This document shows positions 51,544-61,240 of a DNA stretch of 64,000 bases, one piece after another. The position numbers were made by a program, and so were the translations under genes. This DNA comes from Mantamonas sphyraenae STR306 (lineage: Eukaryota > Protista > CRuMs). The DNA lies in contig JAPMXV010000034.1 of the NCBI GenBank assembly GCA_026936335.1, positions 558,001 through 622,000 on the forward strand. Direction: 5' to 3'. The first letter of the stretch is position 1; every line of letters starts with the position of its first letter. The notes beneath the pieces are model-generated. The model saw only the letters and a list, made by a program, of their open reading frames with translations, ran no database searches and was not told the DNA's origin.

Positions 51544-52818
51544 ATGTCGGGAGGACACATCAACATCAAAGTTGTCAAGGCAACGAAACTGGCAATCAGG
51601 GACCGGTTCTCCAAGTCGTCGGACCCGTACGTGGAAATCCACATCGAGGGGGCAAAGGTGGACAAAACACCGAAGCGCGACGCGACGCTGAATCCCGTGT
51701 GGAACCACGAGTTTCAGTGTGAAATCGACGACATCGAGGGCCACGTGGAGTTTTACGTGTACGACTGGAACCAGCTGGGCAAACCAGACTTTCTCGGGTA
51801 CTGCTCGGTGGGGATACCGTCGCTGCAATCGGGGATGCTGATTTCGCGGACAATGACGCTGCGGGACAAGCCGCGGAAGGCAGAGGGAAACGGGGCCGGG
51901 GCGGGCGGAAAGACAGGCGGGACGAGCGGGAAGGAACACGCAAAGCCCATCAGTGGGGAGCTGCACGTGGAGCTGCAGCACTCGTTCAGCAAGTTTGGCA
52001 AGATGGTGTACAAGCAAACACACAGGGCGCGAAAGACGTACAACGACGACTACAGCGAGGAGAAGCTGGCGGAACTGATTGCGCGGCTGTACGTGTCGTG
52101 CGCATACCCGCTGGCCATGATGCAAGAGGTGGCCGACGTGCTGCGGTGGAAGAACCCGCTGACAACGGTCGTGTGCCTGGCCGGGTTTGCGTACGCGTGC
52201 CAGCACGGGGAGTACACACTGATGGCCCTGCCGCTGATGCTGCTATTGCAGGTCGTAAAGGGGTACGTGCGGGTGGAGACGGGTGAGCGCGGGGTGGTGG
52301 AGCAGGCGGAGGAGGAAAAGAGCCACAAGCAGCTGCTGAAGCAGCTGCAGAACCATCTCGAGATGGTGTGCGACTTTACAGAGGAGTGGGCGCGGATGTT
52401 TGCATGGACCGAGAGAAAGAGGACGCGGATGTTTATGTGGGTGGTGTTGTTTGTGTGCCAGCTGCAGTTTGTGATTGCGTACAGGTACGTCATCTTTGTG
52501 CTCGGGGTGTATCTGGCGGTGTGCTTTACGCCAGTGTTCAACGCACTGCTGGACTACCTGTTTCAGCCGTCGTCGCTGAACGAGGAGGAGTATGCGGCGT
52601 ACCAGGCCGCGCTGGCGAGGGGCAGGAAGGCCGCTGGGTTGGAGGAGGGCGCAGAGAGTGGAGCCGGCGCAGGGGGTGGGATGGAGGGCGTGGAGGGGGA
52701 TGACGGGGAGGGCGTGGAGGGTGTGGAAGGGGTGGACGGGGTGGAGGGGGATGAAGGGGAGGGGGTGTGGGGCAGGCCGAGGGTGGGTGGTTTGGGGGTG
52801 GGCGCGGCAGGGAGGTAG
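51544..52818 (+). CDS. C2-domain membrane protein (MCTP/PRT_C-like)
   Basis: C2 motifs SDPYV, TLNPVWN, VYDWN..DFLG, followed by LRWKNP and hairpin TM segments. The low-complexity 3' end is uncertain. Confidence 0.75.
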   Translation: MSGGHINIKVVKATKLAIRDRFSKSSDPYVEIHIEGAKVDKTPKRDATLNPVWNHEFQCEIDDIEGHVEFYVYDWNQLGKPDFLGYCSVGIPSLQSGMLISRTMTLRDKPRKAEGNGAGAGGKTGGTSGKEHAKPISGELHVELQHSFSKFGKMVYKQTHRARKTYNDDYSEEKLAELIARLYVSCAYPLAMMQEVADVLRWKNPLTTVVCLAGFAYACQHGEYTLMALPLMLLLQVVKGYVRVETGERGVVEQAEEEKSHKQLLKQLQNHLEMVCDFTEEWARMFAWTERKRTRMFMWVVLFVCQLQFVIAYRYVIFVLGVYLAVCFTPVFNALLDYLFQPSSLNEEEYAAYQAALARGRKAAGLEEGAESGAGAGGGMEGVEGDDGEGVEGVEGVDGVEGDEGEGVWGRPRVGGLGVGAAGR

Positions 52819-53305
52819 GAGGAGGAGGAGGAGATGGAGAAGGAAGGGTGGGTGGTGGGTGGGTTGTGGGGGATGTTGGGGATGAGTGGATGGGGTTGGA
52901 TGTGGTGGGGAAGGGAGGGGGTGCGAGGGTGGATGAGTTGAGGGGTGATTTGGTGGGGATGTTGGAGGAGGATGAGGATGGGTGGGGGAGAAGGATGTTG
53001 GAGGAGGATGAAGATGGGTGGTGGAGGAGGAGGAGAAGGAGAAGGAATGGTGGGTGGTGGGTGGGTTGTGGGGGGATGTATGGGGGAAGGGGAATGTAGG
53101 TTTACTGCCGTTTGCAAAACAGCGCGCGCAAGGCCACCGTGGGCACCAGTGGTCAGAGCCATATGTGAAGGCGAATGTGTGTCAGTGAAACGCTGGTAGT
53201 GTCCCTCCCGCGTTGGGAACGAGGCTGAAATGAATCCACGTACACGGTTTCGTTCTTTGTGATTATCCTCGTGCCCGCCGCTAGCCGCGTCCACGAGTGA
53301 GCTGT

Positions 53306-54289
53306 TCACCTGGGGTGCTCTGCTTGTTCGTTCCTTTGTGTGCGACCCAGGTCCAGAGTCTCGACTTGCATGTCCTCCTCCGTCTTTCCGTCCCTCACGC
53401 CGTTCTCCTGCTCCTGTTCCTCCTGTTCCTCCTGTTCCATCCTGTCGTCCAGATTGCCCTCCTCCTCCCCAATTACGTCAATTGCGTCGTCCATGCTGCC
53501 CTCCTCCTCACTGTCGCTGTCCACGGCCCAGGGTCCGCCTCCTGTGTTTGTTTTCCTTGGCTGCTCGCACGAAACAAAGTCGCCGACGGACGTGTGTGTG
53601 AGAGAACTTCCTCCTCCGCTTTTTAACCACGGAGTGGTGTACACCGCTCCCCAAAACACTTCCACGCACAACCTACCATGCCCGGCATCCATGCAACTCG
53701 CATTCGGCTGATTACCGTGACCTGGGGCTGGCTCCTGGCTGTTTTTTAACTCGAGCAATTTTCGTCTCATCTTCGCTCTGTAGCGCTTGCGTTTCTGTTT
53801 CTTCCGGTCTCGTTGTCGCGAGAGAATAGCCTGTCGTGTCTCCTCGCTCGGTTCTTGACGATCCCACTCGGCCTGTTTGCAGCTCTGGCCCTTCTCCTTC
53901 GAGCGTGTGAGGAAGCGTGTCAGATGGCAGAATTCAAGGACAAAAAACCAAGGCAGCACATCCAACGCTCCCACAGTAGCGTACCCTCTCACTACTGCAG
54001 GAGGGCGTCCAAAACCCAGTGGGGTGCGCCCAGAGTCCTTCTCTTTTGCGTGTTGGTAGAGCGTTTGCTGTTTTTGCCTCTGAACACGCAAACCTTCGAT
54101 CTCAGCTTCCGTTCGCTGTCTACTGCAGAATTGCTGCCCGTGACTTCTGCGCAAAGAAAGATACTGGGTTGTATCCACGTGCACTGGACCCGAGCTGCGA
54201 GTTTTCCTTCGCGAAATGCCGTCTCGAGTACTCACGGTCGGTTGTGCTCGTTGTGTTGGAACGGACGGTGCACGGTGACCAGATGCCAT
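53306..54289 (-). CDS. Hypothetical protein with basic NLS-like segment and acidic tail; probably spliced
   Basis: 327-aa ORF with RKKQKRKRYRAKMRRK. Internal gtacgc..ctgacac..ag and gtaggt.. segments look like in-frame introns. Confidence 0.35.
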   Translation of the reverse strand: MASGHRAPSVPTQRAQPTVSTRDGISRRKTRSSGPVHVDTTQYLSLRRSHGQQFCSRQRTEAEIEGLRVQRQKQQTLYQHAKEKDSGRTPLGFGRPPAVVRGYATVGALDVLPWFFVLEFCHLTRFLTRSKEKGQSCKQAEWDRQEPSEETRQAILSRQRDRKKQKRKRYRAKMRRKLLELKNSQEPAPGHGNQPNASCMDAGHGRLCVEVFWGAVYTTPWLKSGGGSSLTHTSVGDFVSCEQPRKTNTGGGPWAVDSDSEEEGSMDDAIDVIGEEEGNLDDRMEQEEQEEQEQENGVRDGKTEEDMQVETLDLGRTQRNEQAEHPR

Positions 54290-55267
54290 CTCACGCTACC
54301 AGATCTGCGCTTTCCTTGGTGGATGTCCATCAACATCATGTGTGTGCCCGAAGCTCGCATGGGAAAAGCAACTGAAGGACACAACAAGCCCTAAGCCATA
54401 CCGCCACACCAACCCGTGCAGGTAGTGGCAAAGGTCTGGGGTAGTACATTCAATTGCCGATCTGGGGTAGTATCTTTGCCACTAAAAGCACCACGGACGA
54501 ACAAGATGTTGTTCATGGATAGCGGAGGTGCAGATAGATGACACAGACGATCAAGGTGACCGCCGTCGTGCTTTCGAAAACCGTGTCACGAGCCTGCAAA
54601 CGAACCAATCCGGATGAGCGACTTGAATGAGGATTTCGCAAGCACAGTATGGGTCACTGACACATGTCTTTGTACAATTTCCCACATAATACACTCCGCT
54701 TTCTCGTCCCACGGAAAAGAGTCGCTCTACTGAAATTCCCTGTATTGCATTCTGGGCTCGCTGGGGGTTGTGTGGAGTGGGAGAAGGGGGATGGGGGGGT
54801 GTGGATGTTGGAGAGGAGGAAGTTGGGTGGTGGAGGAGGAGGAGGAGGAGGAGAAGAGGAGCAGGAAGGGTGGGTGGATGATGACGGGGCTTGTGATGTG
54901 AGGAAACGAGATGCCGAAATGACGAATTGTGCCACAGTGTGAGTGGGTTCATGTTTGCTGGAAACACTCACGTCCAGGTGCTGTTCGGTGATGGGAGTCC
55001 GACTGGCATCCAGATGCACCACATTCGGAGAGTTCTCCAACAAGTCGATGATCGGTGGTGGGAGGATGTTGGAGATGGGTGGATGAGTGGATGGGGACGG
55101 GGGTGCGAGGGTGGATGAGGTGAGAGGAGGGATGTGTGAACGGGGTTTGGAGGTCGCAACATTCACCGACATTGCATTTGGACCTCCCTTGTACGGATCG
55201 GCGGGAAACTGCATAGATGAAGTCGAATGGGGAACAATGGTGACCCATTTAGCTCATTTGCGGGCGT

Positions 55268-55340
55268 GCTGCTTTAGCTCAGCTGGGAGAGCGTGTGACT
55301 GAAGATCACAAGGTCCCGTGTTCGATCCACGGAGGCGGCA
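55268..55340 (+). tRNA. trnF: tRNA-Phe(GAA)
   Basis: GCTGCTT/AGGCGGC acceptor stem, GCTC/GAGC D stem, TGTGA-CTGAAGA-TCACA anticodon arm, CCGTG-TTCGATC-CACGG T arm, downstream oligo-T terminator. Confidence 0.95.
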
Positions 55341-55501
55341 TCCAATTTTTTTTGCTCATCTCCTTGTGTTCCATCTCTCGGTCTCTTTTTGTCCACTCCT
55401 CCGTCCCTTCCAATCATTTCCATCCTAACATTCCAATTATTCCAACCGCTACCCACCCCGTCCGCCCGCCCCTCTTCCGCTCGTCAAAATTTCCCGCCAA
55501 C

Positions 55502-55690
55502 ATCACAAGGTCCCGTGTTCGATCCACGGAGCCGGAATCAATTTCCTTTTGCTTCGTATTCCATTTCCCCCATCTCTTTCATCCACTTCTCTGTCCCTTC
55601 CAATCACCCTCATCTACTTGACTGCTACCTTGTCATTCCCTTCCTCACAACTTCTTCATCTCGCCCCCTACCCACCCCGTCTCCACCCCT
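55502..55690 (+). pseudogene. Diverged tandem duplicate of the tRNA-Phe 3' half plus downstream flank
   Basis: atcacaaggtcccgtgttcgatccacgga recurs, followed by matches to the tRNA flank (gtcccttccaatca, ctacccaccccgtc). The mirrored copy is at ~60725-60912. Confidence 0.85.
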
Positions 55691-55723
55691 CCTCCTACAA
55701 CACCCCCTCTCGTCACTCCTTCC

Positions 55724-56023
55724 TCAAAACTCGTGCCATGTCCCTCCCATCTCTTTCACCATCCCCGTGTACTGCTTGGAGAACCCTGCAGATCCACACA
55801 CCAGCCACAGCACATCCTCAGCCTGCCCGGCACCTCCCATCCTCCCCGCTTCTTCCACCGCCTCCCTCGGGATACGCCCTGAATGAAACCTCTCGTAAGC
55901 CGACAGTCCCTCTGTGGGCAGATCGGCCTCCTGTGCTCTGCTGCAATAGTGGTCCACCTCCAGCTGCCCCTGGGACTCCGTTGCCAGCAAACCCAGGTCC
56001 TCGCGCAATGGGATATCATCCAC
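55724..56023 (-). pseudogene. 3' fragment of cytochrome b5 reductase within the inverted duplication
   Basis: VDDIPLRE..WHEF matches the last ~99 aa of the 59705-60691 gene and lacks the FAD domain. Confidence 0.9.
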
Positions 56024-56469
56024 CCTTCGGTCCAGCGCCACTTGACGGTACGTGATGAGAAACTCATGCTGGAACCATGTGCTTCGTTGCTGGAAAACAA
56101 CAACAAACAAAAAAAGAACACCATGTCCTCCTTGACGCGATCTTAGTTCCTCGAGTGTGTCGCGGACAGGATGTTGCTCGTTCTTTCACCAGCTTTTTCC
56201 CGACAACCGTGAATGCTTCGATGATTTTCACACCTCCAGGAAACCACTAACGAAGGAGAGCGAGCACAGATCCAAGATAACCGTCCCTACCAAACTTTCT
56301 GCGCGGCTTGATGTGCGGGTGAGCTGGCAGGCGAACTGGGTTTATCTTCCCCACCCACGCACTCGGTAAATCAAACACCATCCATCTACAACACCCGGCG
56401 GAGTCTCATACATTGGGCAGACCACGAAACCGTGCACGGTTTCGGAGGGGGCAGAAGTGGCGCTTTGGG

Positions 56470-59400
56470 GCCTGTTCAGGAGGCACCATAGGTCAGAGTG
56501 GAGGGGAATGGTGACGACGGCTGGTGTGTTCTCAGTCACAAAGGGTGTTGGTGGATGGATGATGGTGGTCTGGGATGATGGCTGTGGTGAAGGGCCCTCT
56601 CTGTACTTTGCGGGGTCGTGTGCAGGAGCGAGGCTTGGGGCCAGTTTGGGAGGCACCAGAGGTGAGGGGGAAGGGCAATGGTGACGACGGCTGGTGTGAT
56701 TCCAGTAGCAATGAGTGCGTGTGGGTGGACGCTGGTGATCTGGATGGTGGTTGTTGTGAACGGGTCTCGCTTCAGCTCACGGTTTGGGTCGTGCACCAGT
56801 GCTGCACAGGGTCTGTTTGGAAGGTCAGGGTGGAGGGGAATGGTGACGAAGGCTGGTGTGTTCTCAGTCACAAAGGGTGTTGGTGGATGGATGATGGTGG
56901 TCTGGGATGATGGCTGTGGTGAAGGACCCTCTCTGTACTTTGCGGGGGTCGTGTGCAGGAGCGAGGCTTGGGGCCAGTTTGGGAGGCACCAGAGGTGAGG
57001 GGGGAAGGGCAATGGTGACGACGGCTGGTGTGATTCCAGTAGCAATGAGTGCGTGTGGGTGGACGCTGGTGATCTGGATGGTGGTTGTTGTGAACGGGTC
57101 TCGCTTTAGCTCACGGTTTGGGTCGTGCACCAGTGCTGCACAGGGTCTGTTTGGAAGGTCAGGGTGGAGGGTAATGGTGACGAAGGCTGGTGTGTTCTCA
57201 GTCACAAAGGGTGTTGGTGGATGGATGATGGTGGTCTGGGATGATGGCTGTGGTGAAGGACCCTCTCTGTACTTTGCGGGGGTCGTGTGCAGGAACGAAG
57301 CTTGGGGCCAGTTTGGGAGGCACCACAGGTCAGAGTGGAGGGGAATGGTAATGACGGCTGGTGTGTTCTCAGTCACAATGGGTGTTGGTGGATGGATGAT
57401 GGTGGTCTGGGATGATGGCTGTGGTGAAGGACCCTCTCTGTACTTTGCGGGGGTCGTGTGCAGGAGCGAGGCTTGGGGCCAGTTTGGGAGGCACCAGAGG
57501 TCAGGGTGGAGGGCAATGGTGACGAAGGCTGGTGTGTTCTCAGTCATAATGGGTGTTGGTGGATGGGTGATGGTGGTCTGGGATGATGGCTGTGGTGAAG
57601 GACCCTCTCTGTACTTTGCGGGGGTCGTGTGCAGGAACGAAGCTTGGGGCCAGTTTGGGAGGCACCAGAGGTGAGGGGGAAGGGCAATGGTGACGACGGC
57701 TGGTGTGATTCCAGTAGCAATGAGTGCGTGTGGGTGGACGCTGGTGATCTGGATGGTGGTTGTTGTGAACGGGTCTCGCTTTAGCTCACGGTTTGGGTCG
57801 TGCACCAGTGCTGCACAGGGTCTGTTTGGAAGGTCAGGGTGGAGGGTAATGGTGACGACGGCTGGTGTGTTCTCAGTCACAATGGGTGTTGGTGGATGGA
57901 TGATGGTGGTCTGGGATGATGGCTGTGGTGAAGGACCCTCTCTGTACTTTGCGGGGGTCGTGTGCAGGAACGAAGCTTGGGGCCAGTTTGGGAGGCACCA
58001 GAGGTGGGGGGAGGAGGGCAATGGTGACGACGGCTGGTGTGATTCCAGTAGCAATGAGTGCGTGTGTGTGGACGCTGGTGATCTGGATGGTGGTTGTTGT
58101 GAACGGGTCTCGCTTTAGCTCACGGTTTGGGTCGTGCACCAGTGCTGCACAGGGTCTGTTTGGAAGGTCAGGGTGGAGGGTAATGGTGACGACGGCTGGT
58201 GTGTTCTCAGTCATAATGGGTGTTGGTGGATGGATGATGGTGGTCTGGGATGATGGCTGTGGTGAAGGACCCTCTCTGTACTTTGCGGGGGTCGTGTGCA
58301 GGAACGAAGCTTGGGGCCAGTTTGGGAGGCACCACAGGTCAGAGTGGAGGGGAATGGTAATGACGGCTGGTGTGTTCTCAGTCACAATGGGTGTTGGTGG
58401 ATGGATGATGGTGGTCTGGGATGATGGCTGTGGTGAAGGACCCTCTCTGTACTTTGCGGGGGTCGTGTGCAGGAACGAAGCTTGGGGCCAGTTTGGGAGG
58501 CACCAGAGGTGAGGGGGAGGAGGGCAATGGTGACGACGGCTGGTGTGATTCCAGTAGCAATGAGTGCGTGTGGGTGGACGCTGGTGATCTGGATGGTGGT
58601 TGTTGTGAACGGGTCTCGTAGCTCGCTGGGTCGTGCACCAGTGCTGCACGGTTTGGGTCGTGGACCAGTGACTGCGGCAGTGTGTTCTCAGTCTGTGGTG
58701 GATGGAAGGTCATGGCTGTGTGAAGGGTAATCGTGTGACGACGGCTGGGGTGTTCTCAGTCATAATGGGTGTTGGTGGGATGGTGGATGGATGATGGTGG
58801 TCTGGGATGATGGCTGTGGTGAAGGACCCTCTCTGTACTTTGCGGGGGTCGTGTGCAGGAACGAAGCTTGGGGCCAGTTTGGGAGGCACCAGAGGTGAGG
58901 GGGAAGGGCAATGGTGACGACGGCTGGTGTGATTCCAGTAGCAATGAGTGCGTGTGGGTGGACGCTGGTGATCTGGATGGTGGTTGTTGTGAACGGGTCT
59001 CGCTTTAGCTCACGGTTTGGGTCGTGCACCAGTGCTGCACAGGGTCTGTTTGGAAGGTCATGGTGGGTGGAGGGGAATGTCGTGACGAAGGCTGGTGTGT
59101 TCTCTCAGTCACAAAGGGTGTTGGTGGATGGATGATGGTGGTCTGGGATGATGGCTGTGGTGAAGGACCCTCTCTGTACTTTGCGGGGGTCGTGTGCAGG
59201 AACGAAGCTTGGGGGCCATTTTGGGAGGCACCAGAGGTGAGGGGGAGGAGGGCAATGGTGACGACGGCTGGTGTGATTCCAGTAGCAATGAGTGCGTGTG
59301 GGTGGACGCTGGTGATCTGGATGGTGGTTGTTGTGAACGGGTCTCGCTTTAGCTCACGGTTTGGGTCGTGCACCAGTGCTGCACAGGGTCTGTTTGGAAG

Positions 59401-59660
59401 GTCAGAGTGGAGGGGAATGGTGACGAAGGCTGGTGTGTTCTCAGTCACAAAGGGTGTTGGTGGATGGATGATGGTGGTCTGGGATGATGGCTGTGGTGAA
59501 GGACCCTCTCTGTACTTTGCGGGGGTCGTGTGCAGGAACGAAGCTTGGGGCCATTTTGGGAGGCACCAGAGGTGAGGGGTGAGGGGAATGGTGATGACGG
59601 CTGTTGTGATGCAAGTAGCAGTGGTTGCTGTCGAAGTGATGAAGCTGGTCTAGGTTGTGG
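56470..59660 (+). repeat. Satellite array 1: 171-bp (a) and 162-bp (b) monomers, G-rich on the + strand
   Basis: Order approximately a b a b a a a b a b a a b (noisy) a b a b a b'. Shared core atggtgacgacggctggtgtg; degenerate units at both edges. Confidence 0.95.
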
Positions 59661-59704
59661 TTGTGGGGTTCCCACACGCCAACGCACTCACCGCAATTGC
59701 ACAC

Positions 59705-60691
59705 ATGTCGTCGTCGTCATCCACGAGCACATCGTTGTACGTCTGCGTGGCTCTGGCTGCAGTCGCCACCGCTGCAGTGTCCTACTACGCATATTCGAAA
59801 CTCTCGTCGGGCTCTAGAAAGTCGGCGTCGGACAAAGAGCGCGCACCGTCAAAGAAGCTTGTGCTGGGGCCTCGTGGAAACGAGAACCTGAGCAAAAGTG
59901 GCAAGGGAACAGTGTTTCTGCAGGAAGAGCCGCAGGAGGTTGTGGTGGAGCGCAAGGAACTGCGCGGAGACGTGCTGCGTCTCCGGCTTGCGTACTCTGG
60001 GACGGGTGCGACGTTGTTGGGGCTGCGTCTGGGACAACACATCCTCGTGCATGCACCTCCTGGGATGGTAAACATGAACGACGCCGAGGACGACCTTGTG
60101 AGGCCCTACACGCCCATCACGCGCGTGGGTGTTGAGGACGGCGCGTTTGAGTTGCTCATACGCGTCTATGCAAAGGGTTTCATGGGTAACGTGTTGGCCA
60201 GTTCAGAGATTGGAGACAAGGTGCTCGTGTCCGGGCCGTCTGGTCGGTTCCTGTATCGCAGGGGCGAGTTCAAGCGGATCGTGCTTGTTGGCGGCGGGAC
60301 TGGCATTACGCCTTTGTTCCAGGTGATCCAAGGAGTGATTGACGATGTGAACGATGATGCCGATCTGCGACTGCTGTACAGCAACCGGAGTGTGGATGAT
60401 ATCCCATTGCGCGAGGAACTGGGTTTGCTGGCAACGGAGTCCCAGGGGCAGCTGGAGGTGGACCATTTTTGCAGCAGAGCACAGGAGGCCGATCTGCCCA
60501 CAGAGGGACTGTCGGCTTACGAGAGGTTTCATTCAGCGCGTATCCCGAGGGAGGCGGTGGAAGAAGCGGGGAGGATGGGAGGTGCCGGGCAGGCTGAGGA
60601 TGTGCTGTGGCTGGTGTGTGGATCTGCAGGGTTCTCCAAGCAGTACACGGGGATGGTGAAAGAGATGGGAGGGACATGGCACGAGTTTTGA
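59705..60691 (+). CDS. NADH-cytochrome b5 reductase-like protein
   Basis: N-terminal membrane anchor, LGQHI, RPYTP, LLIRVY..GFM, GPSG, GGTGITP, LLYSNR, VCGS. Confidence 0.9.
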   Translation: MSSSSSTSTSLYVCVALAAVATAAVSYYAYSKLSSGSRKSASDKERAPSKKLVLGPRGNENLSKSGKGTVFLQEEPQEVVVERKELRGDVLRLRLAYSGTGATLLGLRLGQHILVHAPPGMVNMNDAEDDLVRPYTPITRVGVEDGAFELLIRVYAKGFMGNVLASSEIGDKVLVSGPSGRFLYRRGEFKRIVLVGGGTGITPLFQVIQGVIDDVNDDADLRLLYSNRSVDDIPLREELGLLATESQGQLEVDHFCSRAQEADLPTEGLSAYERFHSARIPREAVEEAGRMGGAGQAEDVLWLVCGSAGFSKQYTGMVKEMGGTWHEF

Positions 60692-61240
60692 GGAAGGAGT
60701 GACGAGAGGGGGTGTTGTAGGAGGAGGGGTGGAGACGGGGTGGGTAGGGGGCGAGATGAAGAAGTTGTGAGGAAGGGAATGACAAGGTAGCAGTCAAGTA
60801 GATGAGGGTGATTGGAAGGGACAGAGAAGTGGATGAAAGAGATGGGGGAAATGGAATACGAAGCAAAAGGAAATTGATTCCGGCTCCGTGGATCGAACAG
60901 GGACCTTGTGATGTTGGCGGGAAATTTTGACGAGCGGAAGAGGGGCGGGCGGACGGGGTGGGTAGCGGTTGGAATAATTGGAATGTTAGGATGGAAATGA
61001 TTGGAAGGGACGGAGGAGTGGACAAAAAGAGACCGAGAGATGGAACACAAGGAGATGAGCAAAAAAAATTGGATGCCGCCTCCGTGGATCGAACAATGAC
61101 CTTAAGATCTTCAGTCACACGCTCTCCCAGCTGAGCTAAAGCAGCACGCCCGCAAATGAGCTAAATGGGTCACCATTGTTCCCCATTCGACTTCATCTAT
61201 GCAGTTTCCCGCCGATCCGTACAAGGGAGGTCCAAATGCA
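60392..61240. repeat. Right arm of the inverted duplication
   Basis: Reverse complement of 55173-56023. Confidence 0.95.
61074..61145 (-). tRNA. trnF: tRNA-Phe(GAA) second copy with disrupted anticodon/T stems (pseudo-tRNA or consensus error)
   Basis: Identical to 55268-55340 except TCTTAAGGTCATTG replaces TCACAAGGTCCCGTG. Confidence 0.65.

Larger units (their letters stand above)
55173..56023. repeat. Left arm of ~850-bp inverted duplication (partner 60392-61240)
   Basis: Near-identical reverse complement from tgcatttggacc to ggatatcatccac. Confidence 0.95.

Noticed and set aside
54972-55172. LRR-like exon (LLENSPNVVHLDASRTPIT) followed by a GTGAGT donor
   Set aside because: A single repeat with no convincing downstream exon; too weak to call.
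55502-55535. attL/attR scar of a tRNA-targeting integrative element
   Set aside because: The downstream flank is duplicated too and no integrase is present, so a local tandem duplication fits better.
56560-56615. SAM-binding motif-like VVWDDGCGEGPSLYFA in monomer a
   Set aside because: Only motif I is present, it is absent from the homologous b monomer, and the frame is interrupted by TGA at several a-b junctions. Probably chance in G-rich DNA.
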